Positions 45,801 to 55,364 of a stretch of 64,000 bases of DNA are shown here, piece after piece (the stretch's first letter is position 1; each line of letters begins with the position of its first letter). The notes beneath the pieces are model-generated. The model was not told the DNA's origin, made no database searches, and saw only the letters and a list, made by a program, of their open reading frames with translations. Location of the stretch: positions 10,385-74,384 of the forward strand of contig CAMZKE010000029.1 in NCBI GenBank assembly GCA_947311115.1, given 5' to 3'. This stretch comes from an uncultured Bacteroidales bacterium. Its GTDB lineage: Bacteria > Bacteroidota > Bacteroidia > Bacteroidales > JAFGXI01. A program made the translations under genes and the position numbers.

Positions 45801-48800
45801 ATGTTAAATAAAATAATAAAATTCTTTTTAGAAAATAAGCTGGTTACTATCCTCCTCCTCACCGTCTTTTTGGCTTGGGGAGTAGTAACCTCGCCTTTTG
45901 GTTGGGATACCGGCATTTTACCAAGCGACCCCGTTCCGGTAGATGCTATTCCCGATATTGGCGAAAATCAACAAATTGTTTATACTGAGTGGGCAGGGCG
46001 TTCGCCTCAGGATATCGAAGACCAAGTTTCGTATCCTCTAACAACTGCCTTGCTGGGTATTCCCGGTGTAAAAACTATCCGTAGTAATTCTATTTTTGGT
46101 GTTTCAAGTATCTATATCATTTTTGATGAGGATATAGAGTTTTATTGGAGTCGAAGTAGAATTCTTGAAAAACTAAATTCTTTGCCTGCCGGAACTTTAC
46201 CCGATGGTGTAACACCCGCATTGGGTCCTGATGCTACGGCACTTGGGCAAGTATATTGGTACACTTTGGAAGGTCGCGATAAAAATGGTAAACCTGCCGG
46301 AGGTTGGGATCCGCAGGAACTGCGTTCTTTGCAAGATTTTTATGTTAAATATGCTTTAACATCTGCCAAAGGTGTTTCCGAAGTTGCATCTATTGGAGGT
46401 TATATTAAAGAATATCAAGTAGATATAGACCCAAATGCAATGAAAGCACAAGGTGTGAATATAGCACAAATAATTAATGCAGTAAAAAAATCGAACCTCG
46501 ATGTTGGAGCAAGAACCATAGAATTTAACAAGGCAGAATATTTAATTCGTGCTTTGGGATATGTAAAATCATTGGAAGACATAGAAAAATCGGTAGTTGC
46601 AGTTAAAAACAACGTGCCTATTCGCATAAAAGATGTGGCTCGTGTTAATTTTGGACCTGCTACTCGTCGTGGTGGTTTAGATAAAGGTGGAGCCGATGCC
46701 GTAGGTGGTGTTGTTGTGGCACGTTACGGAGCAAATCCTTTGCAGGTTATCAACAATGTAAAAGATAAAATTAAAGAGATTGAAGCCGGTTTACCAAGCA
46801 AAAAATTAGCAGATGGAAGCACTTCAAAAGTAACTATTGTCCCGTTTTACGACCGTTCAGGCTTAATTCACGAAACACTGGGCACCCTTGAAGAAGCGCT
46901 TTCTCTCGAAATACTTATCAGTATTTTGGTGGTGTTAATTTTGGTTTTTAATCTGCGTGCATCGTTCTTAATTTCAAGTCTGTTGCCAATTGGCGTATTA
47001 ATGACTTTTATAGTAATGCGTAAATTTGGTGTAGATGCAAATATTGTAGCTCTTTCGGGTATTGCAATTGCCATTGGAGTAATGGTAGATGTGGGGGTAG
47101 TATTTACCGAAAATATTATCCGGCATACCGGTTTGCCCGAAAATAAAGGGGCAAAAGGTAAAGAACTGATGAATGTAATTTATACATCTACTATTGAGGT
47201 TGCTCCGGCAGTTTTAACAGCCATTGCAACAACAGTAATTAGTTTTATGCCTGTGTTTGCAATGCAAGCAGCCGAAGGTAAATTATTTAGACCATTAGCT
47301 TTTACAAAAACATTTGTAATGTTAGCAGCTTTGGTTGTCGGCTTAGTTATTATTCCAACTTTAGCACATATTATTTTTTCAATTAATCTTAACGGAAAAA
47401 AAATTCGTAGATATTCAAATATTGTTTTGGCTATTGGAGGTTTATCCTTAATATTTTTCGGACATTATTTTCTTTCGTTTATAATTGTTGCTGTTGCTAT
47501 AAATAATCTTTTTTCTCATTTTATTATCTCATTTTTTAAGAAAACTAAAATTGACAATTTAACACAATTTATAAATATAGGGCTTATTCTTTTATTAGTT
47601 GTAAAATACCTATCGGCTCAATGGATGCCTCTTGGAGCACAATATAGCGAGTTTACAAACTTAATCTTTGTTGCAAGTGTAATAGCTGCACTTCTTTTGT
47701 TTTTAATATCGGTTATATATATGTATCCTAAAATAATGACTTGGGCATTAAGTCATAAATGGACATTTTTATCTATTCCTATTTTAGTAATTCTCTTTGG
47801 AATGACCGCTTGGCAAGGTGTTGATAATATTTTTGGTTTTATGCCAAAGTTTATTACCGAAACTAAAACTTGGAACTCGTTAGAGGAAACTTTTCCCGGA
47901 ATTGGCAAAGAATTTATGCCAAGTTTAGATGAGGGCTCTTTTTTATTGATGCCTACAACAATGCCTCATTCGGGTGTGCAAGAAAATATTGATGTTATCC
48001 GATTGCTCGATAAAAAAGTTAATAATATTCCGGAAATCCAAAATGTAGTGGGAAAATGGGGTAGAGTAAACTCTGCTTTAGACCCTGCACCAATTTCCAT
48101 GTACGAAAATGTTATAAATTACAAATCTGAATATATTTTAGATGAAAGTGGTCATCGTGTGCGTTTTAAACTTAATGATGATGGTGCTTTTGTTCTAAAG
48201 AACGGCAAAACATATAATCCAAAAGATGGTTTTAAAGTAATCGAAAAAGATGAATTAGTTCCTGATGAAGACGGAGAATATTTCCGTCAGTGGCGAGACG
48301 ATATTCATTCGCCTAACGATATATGGAATGAGATTGTTGCCAATTCGCAAATACCCGGTTTAACCTCTGCACCAAAGTTGCAGCCTATACAAACTCGCTT
48401 GGTAATGTTGGCAACTGGTATGCGTGCCCCAATGGGAATAAAAGTTTTTGGCCCCGATTTAGAAAGTATCGAAAAAGTAGGTTTAAGAATTGAAACTCTT
48501 CTTAAAGATGTGAAAGGCGTTTCTAAAATGTCGGTTTTTGCTGATAGAGTAGTAGGTAAACCATATTTGGAAATTCATATTAATCGCGATGCTATTGCCC
48601 GTTACGGACTAACAATTCAAGATTTTCAGAATTATATTAGTTCTGCTGTGGGTGGTATGACACTTAGTTCAACTGTTGAAGGTCGTGAGCGTTATCCAAT
48701 TCGTGTGCGTTATGCTCGTGAATACCGCGATAATCCGGAAGATTTAAAAAAGATGTTAATTCCAACACCATCAGGTGTACAAGTTCCGTTGAGCGAATTA

Positions 48801-49634
48801 GCTACAATTGAATATACACGTGGAGCTCAATTAATTAAAAGCGAAAATACTTTCCTTGTCGGATATGTAATTTTCGATAAAAAAGAGGGCTTTGCCGAAG
48901 TTGATGTGGTTGAAAATGCACAAGATTATCTGCAAAAGAAAATTGATAGTGGCGAGTTAGTAATACCTGCCGGAGTAAATTATAAATTTACAGGAAACTA
49001 CGAAAATCAAATTCGTGCAACTAAGCGATTAATGATTGTTATACCAATTGCATTGTTAGTTATTTTCTTGATTCTATATTTTCAATTTAAATCCGTAGTA
49101 GGAGCAACACTGATATTCTCAGGAATAATAGTTGCTTTTTCGGGAGGGTTTATAATGCTTTGGCTATATGGTCAGCCTTGGTTTATGAATTTTTCTATTG
49201 GTGATGTACATCTGCAAAATCTGTTTCAGATTGACACCATAAATTTAAGTGTGGCTGTTTGGGTAGGCTTTATTGCCTTATTCGGAATTGCAACCGATGA
49301 TGGTGTTTTAATAAGCACCTACATAAAGCAATTATTCGACGAAAAAGCACCAAAAACAGTATCCGAAGTTCGTGCAAAAATATTAGAAGCAGGAACAAAG
49401 CGTGTTCGTCCTGCAATTATGACAACGGCAACTACGCTAATTGCATTATTGCCTGTGCTTACATCAACCGGAAAAGGTTCCGATATTATGGTACCAATGG
49501 CTATCCCAATTTTTGGAGGAATGACTATTGCCATTTTAACAATCTTTGTTGTACCTGTACTTTACAGTATGTGGCAAGAAAGTTTATTGAAGAAGAATTC
49601 TATTACAGAAAAGGAGGCTAACAATGAAAACTAA
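45801..49634 (+). CDS. CusA/CzcA-family heavy-metal RND pump, enlarged (1277 aa)
   Basis: CusA-like N-terminus ('DAIPDIGENQQIVYTEW'). 'GKEFMPSLDEGSFLLMP' after TM7. C-terminal 'VRPAIMTTATTLIALLPVL'. Extra hydrophobic block near 47400-47740 and an extra periplasmic block near 48120-48390. Confidence 0.85.
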   Translation: MLNKIIKFFLENKLVTILLLTVFLAWGVVTSPFGWDTGILPSDPVPVDAIPDIGENQQIVYTEWAGRSPQDIEDQVSYPLTTALLGIPGVKTIRSNSIFGVSSIYIIFDEDIEFYWSRSRILEKLNSLPAGTLPDGVTPALGPDATALGQVYWYTLEGRDKNGKPAGGWDPQELRSLQDFYVKYALTSAKGVSEVASIGGYIKEYQVDIDPNAMKAQGVNIAQIINAVKKSNLDVGARTIEFNKAEYLIRALGYVKSLEDIEKSVVAVKNNVPIRIKDVARVNFGPATRRGGLDKGGADAVGGVVVARYGANPLQVINNVKDKIKEIEAGLPSKKLADGSTSKVTIVPFYDRSGLIHETLGTLEEALSLEILISILVVLILVFNLRASFLISSLLPIGVLMTFIVMRKFGVDANIVALSGIAIAIGVMVDVGVVFTENIIRHTGLPENKGAKGKELMNVIYTSTIEVAPAVLTAIATTVISFMPVFAMQAAEGKLFRPLAFTKTFVMLAALVVGLVIIPTLAHIIFSINLNGKKIRRYSNIVLAIGGLSLIFFGHYFLSFIIVAVAINNLFSHFIISFFKKTKIDNLTQFINIGLILLLVVKYLSAQWMPLGAQYSEFTNLIFVASVIAALLLFLISVIYMYPKIMTWALSHKWTFLSIPILVILFGMTAWQGVDNIFGFMPKFITETKTWNSLEETFPGIGKEFMPSLDEGSFLLMPTTMPHSGVQENIDVIRLLDKKVNNIPEIQNVVGKWGRVNSALDPAPISMYENVINYKSEYILDESGHRVRFKLNDDGAFVLKNGKTYNPKDGFKVIEKDELVPDEDGEYFRQWRDDIHSPNDIWNEIVANSQIPGLTSAPKLQPIQTRLVMLATGMRAPMGIKVFGPDLESIEKVGLRIETLLKDVKGVSKMSVFADRVVGKPYLEIHINRDAIARYGLTIQDFQNYISSAVGGMTLSSTVEGRERYPIRVRYAREYRDNPEDLKKMLIPTPSGVQVPLSELATIEYTRGAQLIKSENTFLVGYVIFDKKEGFAEVDVVENAQDYLQKKIDSGELVIPAGVNYKFTGNYENQIRATKRLMIVIPIALLVIFLILYFQFKSVVGATLIFSGIIVAFSGGFIMLWLYGQPWFMNFSIGDVHLQNLFQIDTINLSVAVWVGFIALFGIATDDGVLISTYIKQLFDEKAPKTVSEVRAKILEAGTKRVRPAIMTTATTLIALLPVLTSTGKGSDIMVPMAIPIFGGMTIAILTIFVVPVLYSMWQESLLKKNSITEKEANNEN

Positions 49635-50853
49635 AATAATAATATTATCAATTATCCTTGCTTTCAGTAGTTCATTGTTTGCACAAGATATTCTAAATCA
49701 ATATTTAGAAACAGCTGCTAAAAACAATCCTGCATTAAAAGCAAAATTTAATGAATATAATGCGAGTCTGGAAAAAGTGCCACAAGTAGGGGCTTTGCCC
49801 GACCCAACACTAACATTCGGATATTTTGCAATGCCCGTAGAAACTAAAAACGGACCGCAAAACCTTAAAGTATCGTATACACAAATGTTTCCTTGGTTTG
49901 GAACACTTAACAGCAAAGAGGATATTTTTGTTAGTGCTGCAAAATCGAAATACGAAGATTTTGAAGATGCAAAATCAAAACTGTTTTTCGATGTCAAATC
50001 GACTTATTACGATTTGTATTACATAAAAAAAGGAATTGATATAACGCTTGAAAACATTACAATTCTTGAAACTTTTAAGCGTTTGGCTTTAATTAAAATA
50101 GAAGCAGGAACTGCATCAGGAGTTGACGAACTGAGGGTGGAATTGGAACTAAACGATTTAGAAAATACTTTGGCATTGCTAAAAGATAAATGGTTTGTAA
50201 ATACTGTTAAATTTAATAATTTATTAAATGTTGATAATAACAGCGATATCCAAATTCCTGAAACACTTTGGATTGATGATATTAAGTTTTCGCGACAAGC
50301 TATTATTGATAGTTTAACGCAAAATAATCATCAACTCAAAAGTTTAGATTTTATGAAAGAGAGTTTTGCACACAGCGAGCATTTGGGCAAAAAACAAGGC
50401 ACTCCGAATATTATAGTAGGTGTTGATTATACATCTATTGGTAAATCAGGGGTTTCGCCCGATGCAGGAAAAGATGCTCTTTTGTTTAAAGTTGGGATAA
50501 CTATTCCGTTGTATCGTAAAAAATACTCGGCAATGGTTAACGAAGCTCAAATACAACAACAAGTTGTTGAAGACAAAAAGCAAAATCAAGTTAATGTGTT
50601 AGAAACTTTATTTGAGAAAGTTTATAGCGAATATGCCGATGCTAACCGTAGGATTACTCTTTACGAAAAGCAAAGCGAATTAGCAAAACGTGCTATAAAA
50701 TTACTCGAAAACGAATATGCTAACAATGGCAAAAACTTTGAGGAAATACTAAGAATGGAACGCAAAGTTTTAAAATATTCTATCGATTTGGAAAAAGCAA
50801 GAGCTGATAAACAAGCTTCGATAGCATTTATAAATTATTTAATGGGAATGTAA
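49624..50853 (+). CDS. TolC-family outer-membrane factor (CusC-like)
   Basis: Signal peptide 'SSSLFAQ'. Two TolC-type repeats. 11-nt overlap with the pump gene. Confidence 0.8.
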   Translation: MKTKIIILSIILAFSSSLFAQDILNQYLETAAKNNPALKAKFNEYNASLEKVPQVGALPDPTLTFGYFAMPVETKNGPQNLKVSYTQMFPWFGTLNSKEDIFVSAAKSKYEDFEDAKSKLFFDVKSTYYDLYYIKKGIDITLENITILETFKRLALIKIEAGTASGVDELRVELELNDLENTLALLKDKWFVNTVKFNNLLNVDNNSDIQIPETLWIDDIKFSRQAIIDSLTQNNHQLKSLDFMKESFAHSEHLGKKQGTPNIIVGVDYTSIGKSGVSPDAGKDALLFKVGITIPLYRKKYSAMVNEAQIQQQVVEDKKQNQVNVLETLFEKVYSEYADANRRITLYEKQSELAKRAIKLLENEYANNGKNFEEILRMERKVLKYSIDLEKARADKQASIAFINYLMGM

Positions 50854-50855
50854 TT

Positions 50856-51332
50856 ATGGAAACAACACTAAAAAACATATTAAACGAGGCAGTTAAATTA
50901 GAATTATTAATGAGTAAATTGTATTATCTTTTTCAACAAAAGTTTCCCCAAGATTCTAATTTTTGGGGCAAATTATCGACAGAAGAAAAAGAACATGCTC
51001 AAATAATTTTAAAATATATTCCATTTTTAGAAATTAAGATTGATGATTTACATGGATTTGAATCAGCTAGTTTGTCTTCGTTGGTATTGAATAATATGCA
51101 AATAAATGAAGTGATAAATAATTTCACAGATAATAATACGAGAGAAGATGCTTTTAGAGAATCCATAAAATTGGAAAATAGTTCGAGTGAAGAAAACTAT
51201 AGATTTCTATTAAATTCAGATACTGATTCAGAAATAATATCAATTTTTAAAACTTTAAATGGTGAAGACCGAAAGCATTATAAAAGAATAGTTGAATACG
51301 TAATAAAAGAAAAAATAAATATTAAAGAATAA
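50856..51332 (+). CDS. Ferritin-like four-helix-bundle protein (possible di-metal site)
   Basis: Paired motifs 'E...EEKEHA' and 'E...EDRKHY' (E...ExxH twice). Embedded between the OMF and adaptor genes. Confidence 0.45.
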   Translation: METTLKNILNEAVKLELLMSKLYYLFQQKFPQDSNFWGKLSTEEKEHAQIILKYIPFLEIKIDDLHGFESASLSSLVLNNMQINEVINNFTDNNTREDAFRESIKLENSSSEENYRFLLNSDTDSEIISIFKTLNGEDRKHYKRIVEYVIKEKINIKE

Positions 51333-51333
51333 G

Positions 51334-52911
51334 ATGATGAAATCAAATATATTTAAAAAAATAGAGAAAAGAGATATTGTAATAGTAATAATAACTCTTG
51401 TAATAGGCTTAGGAATAGGAAGTATATTCTTTGGCTCATCAAATAGCGAAAGCCACGAAGGGCATAATCATGCCGAAAATGGTATCTCAGAACAGACTGT
51501 TTGGACTTGCTCAATGCACCCGCAGATAAAGCAAGACAAAGAAGGAAATTGCCCAATTTGTGGAATGGAGTTAATACCGTTAAAAACAGAAAAATCAAGT
51601 AAAAAAGCCGTAAAAGAGATGTGGACTTGTTCTATGCACCCGCAGATAATGAAGGATAAACCGGGAAATTGCCCAATTTGCGGAATGGAACTTATACCAA
51701 TGAAAACCGATAACGGTGGCGACGAAGCAGATCCAAACGAAATACAAATGACCGAGAGTGCAATGAAATTAGCCGAGGTACAAACCTTTATAGTTAAAAA
51801 AGGTGCACCTGAAAAAACGGTTCGTTTATTAGGAAAAGTTAAACCTGATGAGAGAAATATTGCAGCCCTTACAGCTCGTTTTGGTGGCAGAATTGAAAAG
51901 CTATATGTTAATTATACAGGTCAGTATGTTAATAAAGGGCAAAAATTGGCATCTATATATTCGCCGGAGCTAAACACAGCACAGCAAGAATTGCTTGATG
52001 CTGCAAAGTATAAAGATAGCAACCCATCGTTTTACAAAGCTACTCGCAATAAATTAAAACTTTGGGAATTAACTGATGCACAGATTGATGCCATAGAAAA
52101 CAGTTCGGAGCCAAGTATTTATTTTGATATTTTAGCTCCAATTTCGGGAACAGTTACTCGTCGCGATGTTGCTATTGGCGATTATGTAAAAGAGGGTAAT
52201 CCTTTATTTGAGCTAATAAATTTAAGCAAAGTTTGGATAATGCTTGATGCTTACGAAAGCGATTTGCCTTGGATAAAAATGGGTGATAAAGTTTCGTTTA
52301 CATTGCAATCTTTACCCGGAAAAACTTATACAGCAAAAGTATCTTATATCGATCCGTTTATTGATGCAAAAACTCGTGTTGCAGAGGTTCGTTTAGAAAT
52401 AAACAATCCTAAAATGGATTTTAAGCCTGAGATGTTTGTAAATGCAATATTGCAATCTAAAGTTGCCGAAAACTCAGAGCAACTGCTTATTCCAAAAACT
52501 TCGATACTTTGGACAGGAAAGCGTGCTGTGGTTTATGTTAAAGTGCCAAATAGAGAAACACCAAGTTTCTTATACCGAGAAATAACTCTGGGAGCAGAAA
52601 CAGGTAATTTTTATGTGGTTGCACAAGGTTTAAATGAAGGCGAAGAAATAGCATCTAACGGTGTGTTTAAAATTGATGCTTCGGCTCAACTTTTAGGTAA
52701 GCAAAGTATGATGAATCCTGATGCTGACTTAGGGAAACCAAACACAATGCCCGGAATGGATATGAGTGGTTCTGATGATAATTCTTCATCTGAAAAAGAA
52801 ATGAGCGATGAAGAAATGAAAGCAATGGATAAAAAATCGGAAAAAGCTGTTCCCGAAAAGGTAAAATCAGAAGAATCTGAAATGAAATGTGCGCCTGGTA
52901 AATGTGGTTAA
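51334..52911 (+). CDS. RND periplasmic adaptor (CusB-like) with two tandem N-terminal heavy-metal-binding domains and a Met-rich tail
   Basis: 'WTCSMHPQIKQDKEGNCPICGMELIP' and 'WTCSMHPQIMKDKPGNCPICGMELIP'. MFP core. Tail 'MMNPDADLGKPNTMPGMDMSG...MKCAPGKCG'. Confidence 0.85.
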   Translation: MMKSNIFKKIEKRDIVIVIITLVIGLGIGSIFFGSSNSESHEGHNHAENGISEQTVWTCSMHPQIKQDKEGNCPICGMELIPLKTEKSSKKAVKEMWTCSMHPQIMKDKPGNCPICGMELIPMKTDNGGDEADPNEIQMTESAMKLAEVQTFIVKKGAPEKTVRLLGKVKPDERNIAALTARFGGRIEKLYVNYTGQYVNKGQKLASIYSPELNTAQQELLDAAKYKDSNPSFYKATRNKLKLWELTDAQIDAIENSSEPSIYFDILAPISGTVTRRDVAIGDYVKEGNPLFELINLSKVWIMLDAYESDLPWIKMGDKVSFTLQSLPGKTYTAKVSYIDPFIDAKTRVAEVRLEINNPKMDFKPEMFVNAILQSKVAENSEQLLIPKTSILWTGKRAVVYVKVPNRETPSFLYREITLGAETGNFYVVAQGLNEGEEIASNGVFKIDASAQLLGKQSMMNPDADLGKPNTMPGMDMSGSDDNSSSEKEMSDEEMKAMDKKSEKAVPEKVKSEESEMKCAPGKCG

Positions 52912-53008
52912 CCTATAAACTTGTTCTTTTTATTCATGATAGTTGCACTTTTAACGTATTAGTTTTTTGTAATTCAGGTTAGATTTTATTCGAAGGCAAA
53001 TATTTTGC

Positions 53009-53046
53009 AAAAAAAACATCAAGCTATTACAAGCTTGATGTTTTTT
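53009..53046. terminator. Bidirectional rho-independent terminator
   Basis: ACATCAAGCT-ATTACA-AGCTTGATGT, a perfect 10-bp stem flanked by A7 and T6 runs. Lies between the cusB-like stop and the tmRNA 3' end. Confidence 0.75.
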
Positions 53047-53063
53047 AAGGTAAAAATACTTTG

Positions 53064-53464
53064 TGGAGCTGGAGGGGCTCGAACCCTCGTCCAAACAAGT
53101 GACAAAACAGCTTTCTACATGTTTAGTTTATTTTTAATTTTCGACTTAAAAACCGGCAATAAACTACCAATATTTAAGCTTATTCTCTATATTTCGCAAT
53201 TTGACCGAGACTCTTCAAACTGCTAGTTTATCTTTATGAGCATCTCAATTACACTTTGTTTATAAACATTGTCCAAAATGAGAGATGTCTTGTCCAAAGA
53301 CCTAGTCTAAGGATTAAGCTTAATCTACTAAACTTCGATTATGCAGCAAGAGCAAAATTGTTTTCGCCAATTAAAAGTTGTGTAACATCGTTTTACGAGA
53401 ACTGTTACCGTACTCGACATGCTTACTATCCCATCATCCTTGCAGTCAAAACCAAGTCAACCCC
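53064..53464 (-). ncRNA. ssrA: tmRNA (SsrA)
   Basis: Minus strand starts GGGGTTGACTTGG... and ends ...GGACGAGGGTTCGAGCCCCTCCAGCTCCA (T-arm plus acceptor, with a G3:U pair). Tag ORF GGCGAAAACAATTTTGCTCTTGCTGCATAA (53339-53368) encodes GENNFALAA*. Confidence 0.92.
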
Positions 53465-53574
53465 AAGTATGAAAAAAAATAAGGTTTGCAAAAGTACAAA
53501 AAAACTACTAAAACTCGTATTAATTCGAAAAAAAATGCTAATTTTATGCGAAATTTCAAAAAAAGTAAGATAAT

Positions 53575-54792
53575 ATGGCACAAAAATTACGCGTTGGCAT
53601 ACTGAGAGAGACAAAAAATCCGCCAGATAAAAGAGTAGCTGTTGCTCCTGAGCAAGCAGTTGAATTAGTTAAAAAATTTCCTCATGTTGAATTATTTATC
53701 CAATCATCAGAAAATAGATGTTTTAAAGATAATGAATATACAGATAAAGGATTGACAGTTGTTGATGATGTAAGTGATTGTGAAATATTAATTGGAGTTA
53801 AAGAGGTTGCAAAATCTAAACTTATTTCAAATAAAAAATATTTATTTTTCTCGCATACAGCTAAAAAACAAGAATATAATTTACCATTATTAAAAAAATT
53901 GTTAGATTTAAAAATACACATGTTAGATCATGAGTATTTAACTGATAAAAATGGAGTTCGTTTAGTTGCATTTGGTTACTGGGCAGGACTTGTTGGAGCA
54001 TATAATGGACTTAGAACTTGTGGGTTAAAACACAAAAAATTTGAGCTAAAAAAAGCTATTGATTGTTTTGATATGAATGATATGTTTGATGAACTAAAAA
54101 AGGTTACATTAGATAATATCAAAATTTTAATTACAGGTGGAGGTAGAGTTGCTCATGGGGCAATGGAAACTTTATCGCAATTAAATATAAAGAAAGTTAC
54201 AGCAAGTCAATTTTTAGAAAAAGAGTTTGATGAGCCTGTTTATTGCCAAATAGACCCTTGGGATTATACCAAAAGAAAAGATGGTGAGCCTTTCGATTTA
54301 AAACATTTTTTTAAGCACCCTGATGAGTACGAGTCAACATTCTTACCTTATACTAAAGTAACTGACTTTTTTATTGCTTGTCATTTTTGGGACCAAAATT
54401 CACCAGTATTTATGACTAAAGAGGATATGAAAGCTGATGATTTTAATATAAAGGTTATTGCTGATGTTAGTTGCGATATTGATGGACCAATTCCTTCAAC
54501 AGTACGTCCTTCAACAATAGCCGACCCAATTTATGGCTATAATCCAAAAGAAGGAAAAGAGGTTGAGGCTTTTACTGAAGGCTCTATTGCAGTTATGGCT
54601 GTTGATAACTTACCTGGAGAATTACCACGTAATGCATCGGTAGATTTTGGAGCGGGGTTAGTAGAAAAAGTTTTTCCTTCACTTTTTGGTGATGATACCG
54701 ATGGTATTGTTGAGCGTGCATCTATTACAATTGATGGTAAACTCGGACCTCATTTTACATATTTACAAGATTATGTTGATGGAAAAGAATAG
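53575..54792 (+). CDS. Saccharopine-dehydrogenase-like / AlaDH-PNT-family NAD(P) oxidoreductase
   Basis: 'RVGILRETKNPPDKRVAVAP', 'ILIGVKEV', 'FFSHTAKKQ' and 'GVRLVAFGYWAGLVGA' parallel the LYS1-type layout. Confidence 0.65.
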   Translation: MAQKLRVGILRETKNPPDKRVAVAPEQAVELVKKFPHVELFIQSSENRCFKDNEYTDKGLTVVDDVSDCEILIGVKEVAKSKLISNKKYLFFSHTAKKQEYNLPLLKKLLDLKIHMLDHEYLTDKNGVRLVAFGYWAGLVGAYNGLRTCGLKHKKFELKKAIDCFDMNDMFDELKKVTLDNIKILITGGGRVAHGAMETLSQLNIKKVTASQFLEKEFDEPVYCQIDPWDYTKRKDGEPFDLKHFFKHPDEYESTFLPYTKVTDFFIACHFWDQNSPVFMTKEDMKADDFNIKVIADVSCDIDGPIPSTVRPSTIADPIYGYNPKEGKEVEAFTEGSIAVMAVDNLPGELPRNASVDFGAGLVEKVFPSLFGDDTDGIVERASITIDGKLGPHFTYLQDYVDGKE

Positions 54793-54811
54793 AATTCTTT
54801 TCCAAATCAAT

Positions 54812-54841
54812 AAAAAAAAGAGGCTATTGCCTCTTTTTTTT
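54812..54841. terminator. Bidirectional rho-independent terminator
   Basis: A8-GAGGC-TATT-GCCTC-T8, between convergent genes. Confidence 0.8.
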
Positions 54842-54848
54842 ATTGATA

Positions 54849-55304
54849 TTACTCCGATTTTTTTACAATTAAACCTGCATCCATTACAAATGCAAGAGAT
54901 GGTAATGCCGTAGTTTGTTCTATTGTTACTTTATATTTTCCTTTTACCAAAGATGTATCTTTTATTAAAAGTGTTTCAATATCAAATATATTTCCGGCTA
55001 CATCACCAATATATTCTTTGTTTTGGTCAACAACTCTAAATTTGAATTTCTTTAACGATGCGTTTTTGTTTTCATCAGTAATCAATATTGAACCTATCAT
55101 GTTTTGGTAAGGGAATCCCTCTACGTAACGCAATGTAAAATATATATCGTAATTTGTTGTGTCATCTTTTATTTCAAACTCAAATTCAGGAGTTTCGTCT
55201 TGTTTCCACTCTAATAATGCGAATTCGTGATATTCTTTAAAAACCGAATTAGTACATGAAAAGAAAACAATTACTGAAAAAATAATTAATAATATAGGTC
55301 TCAT
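54849..55304 (-). CDS. gldH: Gliding-motility lipoprotein GldH-like
   Basis: Lipobox 'VFFSC'. 'VFKEYHEF...W', 'YDIYFTLRY...FPYQN' and 'KGKYKVTIEQ' resemble Flavobacterium GldH. Confidence 0.6.
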   Translation of the reverse strand: MRPILLIIFSVIVFFSCTNSVFKEYHEFALLEWKQDETPEFEFEIKDDTTNYDIYFTLRYVEGFPYQNMIGSILITDENKNASLKKFKFRVVDQNKEYIGDVAGNIFDIETLLIKDTSLVKGKYKVTIEQTTALPSLAFVMDAGLIVKKSE

Positions 55305-55364
55305 AATTTTTGTGTTTTATTTATTTCAAATTCTCTATTTTATTGACAGATACTATAAAGATAA

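Noticed and set aside
53005-53614. Three ORFs from the track (53005-53226 +, 53256-53573 +, 53426-53614 -) in the gap between the cus-like operon and the dehydrogenase gene
   Set aside because: The region is occupied by a clear minus-strand tmRNA (53064-53464), with acceptor/T-arm and a GENNFALAA tag ORF, plus its terminator and promoter. The ORF products are low-complexity with no recognisable motifs.
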